Below are positions 13,369 to 25,790 of a stretch of DNA of 64,000 bases, piece after piece. How positions within the stretch are numbered: position 1 is the stretch's first letter; the number at the start of each line of letters is the position of its first letter. This DNA comes from Pseudovirgaria hyperparasitica. Taxonomy: Eukaryota. The stretch lies in assembly GCA_010093815.1 (NCBI GenBank), contig ML996567.1; one strand, written 5' to 3'. Below the pieces are notes generated by a model that was not told where the DNA came from, made no database searches, and saw only the letters and a program-made list of their open reading frames with translations. Both the position numbers and the translations under genes were made by a program.

Positions 13369-16300
13369 ATGGATACAATTCCGAATTATCATTAATTGCA
13401 TGTATACGTTCCTTTTCGCGTTTACCCTTTAGAAGTACTACCGTATAACAAAAGAATTATATTAATAAAAGAATTGTATCTAATGTTAAACGTATAACAG
13501 CATCAAAGCATTGCATCTAATATTAGATATATCTCTAACCTAAAAAACACACTTCACCGAAACTGCGCCTATGTGTATAACTATTCCTATAATCATGTCC
13601 CCTAAACATTCATAGTAATAGTAAGCGAAATAGTATAACGGTCCAAGAGGAATAGAATCCGTGAATAAAAACACAGCGACATTAATTATTACCGTATACC
13701 TACGAGCTTAAACGAATTCTTAACGTATTATAACACGAATTCCGTGAGGACGATAAAGGAGCAATCTCATAGCACTATATCTATATAGATTAACACTAGG
13801 ATCCGAGAATGCCCTCCTTACTATATATATCTCGATCGGCTATTAAGCACACGCTAGAGACTACCGTTTAGTATCCGTTAGTAGGAATATATTACTACAC
13901 ACGACGACGATGACGAACACGATACTATTTAGTAGTTAATAATATTATCGCTATACTTACCGCTATTAGTCCTCTTAACGACGCAAACCTAGTACTAGTA
14001 GATATAATCTTAGTAAAAGGAGAATTCACCCTACCGTCAAAGGAAGGTAGTGATAGTAACGTTACGCTCGCGAACACTCTTACCGCCGAGCTCGATTTAC
14101 CTTCTACTTACTCATCCTTAACTTAACGCGTAACTTATCTTTCTATCTTCTACCTTAACCTCGCAGAGACTCTAGCTTAATAAGTTTTATCTATAATCTT
14201 AAATAGTCACTAATTCCTCCTTACTCTTATATCTATAGTATATAAAGATAACACGGAGTAAAGATAATGAAGCTAAAGTCACCTTAGATAAGGAAAACGC
14301 CTTAACCCCGCTAAAAACAGTTACTAAGAGAGGTCGTAAGCGAAAGCCGAAAGGGAATGAAGGTGACGGAGGTTATTCGGCGAGCGAAATTAACGAAGGA
14401 AAGGCTATAAAGAGCAAGAAGTCACTGATTAAGAAGCCTACCGCCTTAAAATATAATATAGTTCCTGTTATAACTCGAGCGGTGTATGGAAAGCACCCTT
14501 ATATAAAAGGAATAACAAGCGGTATTATCGGAACTACATAATTGGAAACCTTTCTATTCTATAAAGCGCGCATTAGAATCGACGTAGAATAAAAAGGAAG
14601 CTTTAATAGAAGATACAACGAACGAAAACTAGTCTATGATTATCCTACCTTAGGAATTATGGTTAAGGGCCTCCGATTTGCGATGCCAACTCACGGCATC
14701 CACCTTTCTAATAAGTGTAAACTCGAGATTTACGTGGCATTGATGTTCCATAGGAAACTTAATAATATCTTTTGCTAGAAGGATATTATAAATAGATTTA
14801 TAGCGTTATTTTAAGTGTCGAAGACTTAGTCTTTAAAGGAAGTATCGCCTTTTATAACGAAGGAAGGCGATAATTTCTATATTCTACCGCGAAAGCTAGA
14901 CCCTCCCTATAAAGATGGATGCTTATACTACGATGATAAAGGAAAGCCGGTTGCGGTTAATGGAAAGTTCTACTATCTTGCCATCGGTTAGTACGTGCTC
15001 CATAAGGAGCGACCGATTCTTACCGACACCGATATTAAGAATTCTACCTGGTGGGACCCTTCTCTCCTAAAGTACGGGGTTTATCGTTCGAACATAGAGG
15101 TGTCGCAAATGGCATTATATAAGCTTTAATAGATTAACCTCCTATATAAGGAAGACAAGGGAGTCATGTAGGATCTGAAAGGTCTAACCATGCTACCAAA
15201 TGTCGCCGTGCTATATTATATTATAATCGAGACGAAAAATAAGCTTAAGATTACAAGGAAGGGCGAATAAAAGGCGTATGATAAGTATAGTGCGAGGCAC
15301 GGTACCATGCGTTATAATATTCTCGACGGTAGCATAATCTCTAACTCTAACTATAAATACGAGCCGCCCATGATAGAAGAGGAGGAACTAGTCGTCACAT
15401 GGTAATATTAGTTAGAATTTTCGGACCTAGGAGTAAATCCATACCGCCTCCGCCTAGGTTTGCTCGCTCTAGTATCTATGGACGAAATTAGGTACATTCT
15501 AAAGTAAAAAGAATTCTTTATAAAGATTCTAGCCACGGTTTCTAACAAAGAACTCGAGGAGAGTATAATATCCGCGGACGAGGAATGGAACTTCACCGTC
15601 ACACTCCTAAAAGGCACGAGATTCGAGGTAGAGTAACCGTCTAAGAGTAGTATTATCGCGTAGCTCTTAAAACCAGGTAATAGATACTCTATAAAGGAAA
15701 TAGCTTAAGTAGAATATACGTAGATTCCGGCACGATACTTCGTAATAGATACTATAGAGGAAATCCGGAGCCACTATAGTCACGCGTGGAATATACTAGT
15801 ATCTTAGCTATAAGGTTTGAATAGTAAGAATATTCGGTGCTACGCCGCATGGCGAAGGAGGGACGGATTAGTTTAGGTTACCGTTATAGCTTAGTAGTAA
15901 AGAGACATCGCCTAGGAATGGGTAATAGGACCCCTAGACTTAATCATATAGTAATTATAACATGATTAAGAAGCGACGCTCGTGGCGCACGAATACTAAT
16001 AATACATCCTCCATAGATACGCAAGATCCTAGCACGTCGTATAACGCCTTAAAGGACTTAACGGTAACCATATAATAGTACTATAATCGTCCGGATACCA
16101 GTTCTGGTTAATCTACCGTCTAAGTTCCCTAGAAGATAAGGCTAGAATTATAAAAAACGTCCGTGAAGTGTACTCATAGATACCATTAAATAAGGTTATA
16201 CTCTAAGACTTGGTTCGGAAATAGGGCCTAATAGAGAGCGCTATAGTAGACTAGCGTCGAGGAGTAGAAGAAAAGCTACTTAAAGAAGTCCACGCGCTAT

Positions 16301-18423
16301 ATGTAGAAGACATAGCGCGTGCATGGCTAATCTTGGTAGTCTCTCTTAAAGACCTCGCACGGAAATTCGCCACGGCCCATGAAAAAATACTATGGTTCAC
16401 GGATCCTTTGAATTACGGTGCCACGAACGACTAGGCAACCATGCCGATAATTATTCGAGACGGTTCCCGCGAAGATCGAATTGCATAGGGTAGGAAAATT
16501 AATAAACTCCTACCACGAAACCTGCTTAGTGGATGTACTTTAACCCTGCCTAAAATCTCTACGTAAACTGTTACTATAAGCTCGCTACCTAGTTTTGATA
16601 AAACAGATAACTTTTTCGTAATCGAAGGATTCACGAATACCAATGAGGTATGGCTAATCATTTCGGTAAGAGAGATCGCTAAGGGACCAAAGGCCGGAGT
16701 GTCTGCCTTAAACGTCCTAAGGAACCTAACCGAAGGCGTTATTAAATTAAGGACACCGGAAGAAACATAGACTCTGGTCACGAAGGCGATAGAGGTAATC
16801 AAGGTCCCACTCTCTATTATAAAACCTATGCCAGCCACCACCGCGAAGAAAGCCAAAATAGTAAAGAAGGTAAAGTCAATCACCGCCAAAACAATAGCAT
16901 CCAAGGTAGCTCCTACGTCGTTAGAACTTCCGCCTACCCTAATAGAGCTAACGGAGCTACGATCTACCTTAATTCCCGCGACCTTACCTACCTTAGTTCC
17001 CGCCGCGTTAACCGCAAACGCTATTAGTTAGTAAGAGGCGGAAATGAACACACTTATCTTAGCCCACGAGAAAAAGATAGAAGCATAAATCAAAGACATT
17101 ATAATGAAGGCTCTAAAAAGGTTCATAGTAGAAGTATAAGAGATCGCTGCGCAAAAGATAGCTATAGTAGTAGCAATAGCTGCGCCCGCGGTAACTGCTG
17201 CGCCCGCGGTAGATGCTTCATCCGGGAAAGAATTAATTAGGTAAACACTAAGAGTCACGGAATGGATAAAGAAATTCATGGAAATAATCATAGACCCGTA
17301 ACATCTAAATAGCGCGATAAGAACTATGGAGCGCGCTATGGAAGTAGGCGCGTAAGATATTAACGAAGTCATTAGGAGATACTAGTAATATATCCAAGAT
17401 AGCTTCGAACACCTACTCGCTATAAAAGAAGATAAACTACGTATAGCTTCTAACGGAACACCTTTCGAAACGCTCTTCGACGAAGTAGCGGCCGCTAGTA
17501 CTTATAATTACTATCCTGAACTCGATAATATTCAGATGGAAATACCGGTTTCTAGAATTCCTACGCCAGAACATCGGTTTAAAGAACTTCTAGAACGAAA
17601 CGCCTAGGAGCTCTTAGACGACAAGGCATTAAGCTTAGAAATTAAGCTACTAGAAGTTAGAGAATTAGATACTAACATGAATGACGACCTAATGGAAGTC
17701 GTGCACGAAGAAGCCGTCTTAGATAAGTTCAAGAAACAAATGTAGCAATTCGTAAAGCTCGCGAATACCGACGACTCGGAGTCGGTAAACGAATTTCATA
17801 ATGTAGAAGACTCCTAAATGGGAGAAGCCGCCGCAACTGAAACCGTCCTAATCATTGAAACTAAGGAAGTTACCGCCGCCATCGATAATGCTACCACTAA
17901 AACCATGCTAATAGTAGAGACTAGTGCCGTAGCCGACGTAAAGATTAACGTTATTGTAAGTGCCGTAGCCGACGTAGAGAATGACGTTATCGCAAGTGCC
18001 GCTGCGGCTATAAATATAGAAACCGTCATTATTCCGATACCTATAGTTCCTACTCCCGCTAAATCCACTCACTCGAACTGGCCGAGAAAAGACGATGATA
18101 CGTACGAATGGTCTTAGATCCCTATAGCTATACCGACGCTACGAATGGATCAAATGAATATAAAAGAAATGAGAGTAATAAGAATAGTACTAAATCGTAT
18201 ATTCGAATACCCTAATAACTAATTCGAAGCTTTCCTCGAGGTTCACGATAGGCTTTAGGAAGTTACTATAAATCTAAAGGTAATAGAAGCTATCCTCGCG
18301 TAAGAACCGGAGAGACGAAGAGCTATATTATAATAATACTATCAATACTTCTACCGACACCTAGGGAGTGATATAGCGTAGTATCTACACGAGCATCCAA
18401 CTAAAGTAAGCCTACCAGAGTAA
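13369..18423 (+). pseudogene. Relic ~1,680-codon ORF3 of gypsy B (unknown function)
   Basis: Frame +1 from ATG 13369 to TAA 18421-18423; all in-frame interruptions I read are TAA/TAG (RIP of CAA/CAG/TGG). ORF-track fragments 16828-17031 and 17818-18117 lie in this frame. Confidence 0.72.
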
Positions 18424-18462
18424 GGACTTTCACATTTATCGTTTCGAGCTGTTGGGGGCAGC

Positions 18463-18600
18463 TGTCACGGAAAGTGATAAGGAGATAGATAACGGCAAGA
18501 ACCACGGACTAGCAGTCCCATATACATAGCCGTAGATTCCATGAAGTAGCTAGTAATCAATTCAATACTTGACTAAGACTTGACATCTCTGTCCTTAACA
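18463..18600 (+). repeat. 3' LTR of gypsy family B (138 bp)
   Basis: TGTCACGG...CCTTAACA followed by TSD TCTCC. Confidence 0.95.
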
Positions 18601-20371
18601 TCTCCCGCCTACTTATATAAATTAAACGGAATAGCTAAACGATTTAATCGTACGGTTTAGACATTAGTAAGATTAATTCTCTCTTCTAATACTAAGTTAA
18701 AATTCTAGGCTAAAGCTATTTATATAATAATATTTATTAAGAATATTATACTATATACTTCTCTCCTAATAGTTAACACGCTATATTATACTCTCTTTAG
18801 TAAGAAACCTTCTATTTAAAACTTATATCTATTTGGAGTTATCTACTATATATATATTCTAAAAGAAGTATAAAAGCTAGGTAGTAAGCTCCTTTATAGA
18901 TTAGAGAAAGATATTCTAGTTAGCTATAGTAAGTTAGATAAAATCTATAAGTACTATATTTCTAACCGTAAGGTTATTATTAAGTTATAAGATATTACTT
19001 TCGTACCCTTTAGTCCAAGACCACTTCTATAGTAATCTCTTTTCTTAATTATTATAGAAAGAGATAGCTCTAAAGAAGAGTCGGATAATAGAGGAGTATC
19101 TTATAATATACTAGATATATTATATAATATACTAGTTGTAGTCTATAATATATAGGACCTCTAGCCCTATATAGAAGATATAATAAGTCTTACTAAGATA
19201 CCCTAATAAAGATTATCTACCCTTTCTTATAGTAGGACGCCTTCTACTATATCTAGGGTAAATTAACTAAAATTTAAATCTTTCTCTAGCTATAACCTAC
19301 TATATAAAAATCTATATCCGTTAAGATTACCTTCTAATATATCTTATTTTAGAAGGAAACATAAGTATATAATTTATTTTAATAACTCTATAAATTTAGT
19401 AGATATAGAAGAGAAGGAAATAGTCTATACTCTATTAGTTAATACTATCTTAAATATAGATGTTCCTTTAAATCTAAAAGAGGCTAGGAATTCTTCTAAT
19501 TAGTATTAGTAGTAAATAGCTATTAAAAAGGAGCTAAGAAGTTATAAGATTAATTAATTATAGTAGGAAGCTCTACTTACTACGAATGTCTCTATAATAG
19601 TTAGTTCTAGATAGATATTTAATATTAAGACTACTATAGATAATACTAAAGTTTATAAGGTATATCTTATTATATAGGGCTTTACGTAGAAATATAGTCT
19701 TAACTATAATAAAACTTTTACACCTATTATTAAGTATAATTCTCTTTATATTATACTCTAATAGACCGTGTAATATAGTAAGTATATTTACTAGATTAAT
19801 TTTAATACTATCTATCTAAATAGTAGTCTATCTAAAAATATCTATATAAGGCACCCGCTAGAATTTAAAAAACTAGGTAAGATTCTTAAGCTCTAAAAGG
19901 TAATTTATAGATTAAAATAATCTAGTTAGAAATGGTTTTATACCTTATATAATCTTCTTTAATCTCTTAAATTCTAATAGTTATAGTTTAATCTATATAT
20001 CTTTATTAGATATATTATTATTACTATCTATATTAATAACCTACTACTTATAGAGGAGAAACCTTATATTTAATACTTTAAGTAATAGATTATAGAATAT
20101 ATAAAATATAAAGATCTTAGAGAAGCGCGCTTAATATTAGGTATTAAGATTAATTAATCTTAAGAAGACTAAATTAAGCTTTCTTAAAAGGCTTACTCTT
20201 AATATATTCTAAAAAGGTTTAGTATAATAGATTATAATAGTAGAAAGACTCTAGTTAATATAAATACCTTTCTAATAAGATTAGAAGAAATCATTAATTA
20301 AGAACGCTAGCTTATATATATATAACTAATTAGGTTACTTAATTATCTTATTACTAGTACACGTCTAGATC

Positions 20372-20511
20372 TATTAGGCACGTGCCTACTAGTTAATTAT
20401 ACATGTATGTAGCAGTCGTATATAAGTAGTGTGCTCTACCCTTGAAGTAGTAGCTTTAAGATTCGGTCCTTTTAGTATAGTTGGTTAGTACGTAGAGCCC
20501 GCCTCCTTATA
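20372..20511. mobile_element. Solo LTR (140 bp) of a third family inserted in the copia pol
   Basis: Ends TATTAGG...CCTTATA (RIP of TG...CA), flanked by AGATC at 20367-20371 and 20512-20516. Removing it restores the copia TRLDLTFIVG (ex TRPDLA.AVG) motif. Confidence 0.8.
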
Positions 20512-21273
20512 AGATCTTACCTTTATAGTCGGAATATATACTATTTTTAATATAAATCCGTTGGAGTAATATACTTAAATAGCCTTTAGTATATTATAAT
20601 ATATTAAGTATACTATTAACTAATACCTTATATTAAAGAAATCTAAAGGCGTAATAGAAATTAATATATTCTTAGATACTTCTTAGAGTTTAGACTCTAA
20701 TACTACGAAGTCTATCTCTATATATATACTTTAATTAAATAGAAGCTTAGTAGCCTAGAATAGTAAAAGGTAATTATATATTACTAAGTCGACCTATAAA
20801 GTAGAGTATATAGCCTATTTAAAGGCTATAAGTTACTTATAGTAGGCTCTACTAGATATAAAAGAGATTTTCGATTAAGATATTCTAGTTTCTTATCTTC
20901 TTATAGATAATTAAGCTACTATAGCTCTTATCCGAAACTAGTAAATTATAGTATAGTCTAAATATATTATAATATACTATTACGCGGTTTAAGAATTATT
21001 TACTAATAGAGTTATATCTATATAGTATATTATAAGTTACGATAATATTACTAATATAGAAATAAAAGGACTACCCTTACTACTACTAAATTAAATAAAG
21101 ATAATAATTAGTTTATAGTAGAGTTATCTTACTTATAGCCGTTTCTCTCTTAGTTATTTCTCTTATATCTCTCTTTCCTTTATTCTTTTAATACTATCTC
21201 TTACTATTACTTACTTTAAGCTTTTCTTTATTCTAATATTACTAAGTATATATATATACTTAGTATAGGGGAG

Positions 21274-21433
21274 TGTTATCGGAAGGCACTTTAAGTAAGA
21301 GACACTACTTCCTAAACGGGACTAGTGTCTAAACGGTTAAATAGCTTCGACTCTGTCTCCCAGAACTTAGTTCTCTACACACTTACAGAATACACTCAAT
21401 GACCTCAATTACGTCTCCGTTTCTCTTATAATA
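21274..21433 (+). repeat. Probable 3' LTR of the copia element
   Basis: Begins TGTTAT right after PPT AGGGGAG and ends ATAATA (RIP form of the inverted ATAACA). The partner LTR is not in the window, so the end is inferred. Confidence 0.6.
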
Positions 21434-22106
21434 CTAATCAAGTACATGTCCTCATCACTTCGCCGTGTTATAGCGCTTTCGTAGCAAACTTACCATGAAA
21501 TTATAGGCTCATGGGAAACCGAATATGGTTCCGCCTTGCCATTGAATCTGCTTTGAAACCGTAAGTATGATGTTCTTCCACCATACGTAGCGATCCACTA
21601 TGAAAGTTAGTCATTGAGAACTCAACAATTAGGACGACAGACCTTGAGGGTCATGTCTGTTCGCGTAGTCCAATCGTTGAACCAGGCGACGCTCCATTCA
21701 ATCACTCTATCAAAATGGCACATATGCCTGGTCCTGGTATTCACGGTACTGCCCACATCGTCGGCTCGTCTATCGCAGGTCAAGCATTGGAGATATAGGC
21801 TGATCTAATGATAAAGCAATGTTTTTGTTCTAGGCGGTTTCAAGTGTTCTGGTAGATAAGTAGTGGACTTAAGGATGGGGTAATTAAGGGTGACGAGGAG
21901 GGAAGAGGAGGCGGATGATAAGGGTCATGGCATCTGTGGAGTGTTTGACTTAACGTCCTTGTTCGAGAGAAAAAACCACGACCGTATCCACCAAGGGGTG
22001 ATCGGAAGGGTTATGGCGAAGAGCGTTCGAGCACAGGACACAGGCTTTCGCCGGTACTAGGGGAACAAATCAAGAGAAACACCGACTTTCATTTGAATGA
22101 CGAATT

Positions 22107-23460
22107 TTACAACCTGGACGAGATGTTCTGCGCCAGAACCTCTTTCGCCCCTTTTAATTGCGCTTCGAGGTCTTCCTCCCACAGCCATTTCATACGTACA
22201 GCCATGTTCTCCCTATACTTGTCAAGATCATCCATTACACCCGGCTTCTCAAAATCGTAGAGCTGCCCACAGTCCCTACTTGTCGTGACCAGATCCTGTG
22301 TGCGCTTTCTCCGCACGGCGTCGAAAGTCTTGAAAGCTGCTTCGATCTCACTTTTGTCGTTGATGGCAGCCAGGATCTCGCTCATCATCCACGAGTCTTC
22401 AATGCATATTCCAGCACCGGCGCCCTGGTGTGGTGTCGATGCATGAGCTGCATCACCGCTAAGACAGATTCGTCCTTTGCAGTACGTTTCCGCAGGAGGA
22501 TGATTGAAAAGTGCCCATACGTCGCTCTTCTTTGTCAGGTTGATGATGTCGATGGCATGCTGGCTCCAGCCCTCGAAGTCTTTTAACATGTCTTCCTTGG
22601 TCATGGACACAACCCACTGGTCAGAGTCCCACGTGTCGCGACTGCTGAATGCGACCACTATGATAATGTCAGCTCGAACATCCTATTCCAAGTCCGGTTA
22701 AGTCGTTACCGTTCATCGTTTTTCCTTTCTCAATGGCAAACGTGAGTATGTGACCGCCATAGCCGCCGTAATTCTGCGAATTCATTGCCAGCTCCTCCCC
22801 GAGAAGTTCCACTGCCTCGTTCATGGGAATAAGTCCTCTATATGCGTACTTGCCCGAAAATACAGCTTTTGTCGCTGGGTTGTCTTTCCCAAGAACGACT
22901 CCGCGCATAGCGCTCTTGATGCCGTCGCACCCTATGACAGCGTTGTGCTGCGCCGTCGTGCCATCCTGGAAATGAAGAAGCACGTCTCCATTGTCCAGTT
23001 TCTCCACATCGACCAATCTCTTCCCAAAGTTTGATATTTCCTGCGGCACAAGCTTCACCATCTCGTCCAAGAAATGAGCGCGATGTACGCTCGCCTGGCC
23101 ACCTTCACAGGGAAGTGCAAACCACTTGTCTCCGCCCTTCAAGCCTCCATCTTTCGACCCAGGCTTGGGCTTCCATTTTGCATCGCCTAGTCGGAAGTCG
23201 AACCAAATATCCTTCTTGCTGTCCCACTGATTGTGTGTTGCGACTTTCTTGAAAGCCTTCTCGACGTCTGGGGAGATCAGGCGCATGGCACGCTGCGCAT
23301 TGGGCCCGAAGGAGACGCCTGCACCGATTTCGCCGAACTTAGGAGCTGCTTCATAGAGTGTTGTTTTGATGCCCTTGTTCAGTAGAGCAGTTGCTAGGGT
23401 AAGTCCGGATATGCCGCCTCCTACGACGGCGATATCGAACGACTTCTCAAATGGTGACAT
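22107..23460 (-). CDS. FAD-dependent monooxygenase, salicylate hydroxylase-like (2 exons, intron 22658-22709)
   Basis: GGGISG FAD motif, GCDGIKS, GDAAHASTPHQGAGAG; a GT-AG intron with CTGAC branch point joins the two ORFs (MN|VVAF). Confidence 0.92.
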
Positions 23461-24061
23461 TGTGGACGTAAGCTGGCTGATTCAAGGACAGGAGGGTAAG
23501 AGCTACCTGACAACAGGAATTGTCTGGAGCATGAGTTCGATTTGTACGTATGCATTTTGATGAAGCTCTGAAGCGGGGAGCTCTTCGGGATATGGTCAAG
23601 GCATACTGAGCTCTGTCGGAAGAGGGCCACAGCCGATGCATGAAGCCATACGGAAGGTGACTTTACGACTCCATTGATCGTGGACTAGGGCTGACCATGC
23701 TGCTCGGCGAAAGCTCTGAGATAGTTCGCATCATACCGCGTGACGGTCCACTCAGAAGGGGGACATTGTCAGTGATGAATGTTGAAGCCTGTAGAGCAGC
23801 TTGGACGTGGAGCCTTATGGGTGCCGAAGAGGGGTTGTTCATTCAAGCTTACCTAAAAGGTTATAGCGTAGCGAATCTCAGTCCCAGCCTTGGGCGGACT
23901 TTCCTCCAGCAACAAACGACACCATCCAACATATCCCACACTGATCTCAGACGTTATTTTTTATATTCGTCCTTCGTTGATGCTGCAGTGAGGCCTGTAT
24001 GAGCGGCTACCATATAATGCAAGTGCTGTGAGTTCGTATACTATCAAAAGTCGACGACGAG

Positions 24062-24974
24062 ATGGCGCAGATATACGATCATTCAAACATCAGGATCGCC
24101 ACACGGGCCAAAGAAGAGCATGGATCTTTCGACACTGTAACGACTGTGCTTGTGACTGGCTATGGTGTAAGATAGTTTTCCATTCATATTTTCGTGTAGC
24201 AGATCAGTGCACTCTACTGTCTGAAAGAGTTTTGTTGCACGTGTCACTTATTCAGCTGTTTGTATAGCCATTCCTCCAAGAACATGAGGACAATTCGTCA
24301 TGGCGTATAGCATCAACTCTACCCTCTATTCTTCCAGCTACGAGAGATCACCCTATCCCCATCCGGATTGTCGTCTACCCCTGGCCGATCCGCGTGTCCT
24401 ATCAAGCAGTCCTGGACCTTGTCCCTTCGCTTGTAGAGAAGGTCAACCCAGATATCATCTTGCACATCGGCCTAGCCTCTGGTAGGACCACAAGTGTGAA
24501 GTTCAGTACAGATCGACTAACACGCTAGGTCGCAACTTCTACGCCATCGAACACGGCGCCCACAAGTCCATCTACGGTACGCATATCGACGTTGATGGCC
24601 AAGGCTTCCCCCAAGAACGCAGTGACGAAGCATTTGGTGACCTGCCCAGTATCCTCGAAACGGGATTCGACGTCCATGATCTGTATCGGCGCTGGAAAGC
24701 AGAAATACCCGACGCTAACGCAGACATCAGAACCTCACCAGACGCTGGGAACTTTCTCTGTGGCTTCATCTATTACACGTCGATGTCGTTGTTCGCTAAG
24801 ATGAAACGTGCGGAGCGGCCAGTAATGTTTTTCCATGTTCCATATCTATCGACGGAGGAACAGGTAGACGAGGGGAGGGAGGTGACGAAAGGGTTGATCA
24901 GAGCGTTGGATGAAAGTCGGGCAAGGCGGGGGACGCATCATGGGAATGTGGGTGCTGGTTCTCGTAACACCTAA
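24062..24974 (+). CDS. Pyroglutamyl-peptidase I (C15 family), 3 exons
   Basis: VLVTGYG|PF, PDIILHIGLA, YAIEHGA (Glu), DAGNFLCGFIYY (Cys), FFHVP (His); introns ~24167-24267 and ~24482-24528. Confidence 0.88.
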
Positions 24975-25790
24975 GGGCTCTCCTAACTAGCTTTCCAGTC
25001 GTATGAATGACATCCATTACTCAGTGTATCGCTGCAGACTCAAGTTTAGACACCGAGAGACTGGTGATTTAGCGAGCTGATTAAGCCAGACGATGTTGCC
25101 ATAGGGCCTCACTGTGGCTGATCCATGGTAATTGTTCGCTTCCGATCATTGACGTCATAGCTTGGTGATAGCCTGGGAGATCTGCTAATAAGGGATGAAA
25201 TTTGCGCATACACAGTTTGAAAGATACGCATAGTGCATCAGACCTCACGCAGAGATGCTACATCGTTAACATCAGACTTCCTTCCAAGTGAATTCCAACT
25301 AGAGCACCTACATCAAAGCTCCAGTTTCCACAGTGCACTACCTATACTGTTCCTCATATTAACGACGCTCCATTAATACTTCCACCCCAATGCCGACAGG
25401 GATCACCGAACGCCATTCACATAAAACTTTACCGATGTCAGGGATGATCATCCTTGCTACAACCACCGCCAATACTGGTCAGAGGACATGATAATCTATA
25501 TATTACCTGCAGACTGTAGACTGTGTTGAAAGAGTAGATAAGTGTAACAGAGCTTAGACACCTCCGAGTCTGATGCACAGGCGAGATATGATAACAATCG
25601 AGCTTAATAGACCTAGCTACTTTAGAAATTACTTTCTTTCACATCGACCAGCAAATAATTTGCTTAGAGCTATCACTAGTTCTCCGTTAGGATCTAGCGA
25701 AACAACTTGGTTAGTAGTTGAGGCTAATGCACTCGCTCTAACGTTGACTGCTGTCTCTATACGCGGCTGGCAGGGCTGACTTTATCGACT

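Larger units (their letters stand above)
5783..18600 (+). mobile_element. Complete 12.8-kb Ty3/gypsy (chromodomain-bearing) LTR retrotransposon family B with a large extra 3' ORF
   Basis: 138-bp LTRs TG...CA at 5783-5920 and 18463-18600; perfect 5-bp TSD TCTCC (5778-5782 and 18601-18605); PBS-like TGGTAGC at 5924; G-rich PPT before the 3' LTR; gag-pol motifs all in frame +3. Confidence 0.95.
4628..21433 (+). mobile_element. Ty1/copia LTR retrotransposon, heavily RIP-mutated, interrupted by nested insertions (copia sequence at 4628-5782, 18606-20371 and 20517-21433)
   Basis: Plus-strand relics: integrase VYSDLS (~5510), SN*GGKY (~5703), and TSP|AY..NGIAKRFNRT split by the gypsy B insertion. 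RT GFT*KYSLNYNKTFTP (~19680), YINNL (ex YVDDL, ~20030), TRLDL (ex TRPDL). RNase H STYKVEYIA (ex STCEAEYIA, ~20790). IN-before-RT order is copia-type; PPT AGGGGAG precedes the LTR at 21274. Confidence 0.85.

Noticed and set aside
15408..18068. Hydrophobic minus-strand ORFs (16431-16904, 17028-17372, 17814-18068) suggesting an env-like membrane protein
   Set aside because: They are codon-aligned antisense shadows of the K/T/A/E-rich plus-strand ORF3; the hydrophobicity follows from the A-rich sense strand.
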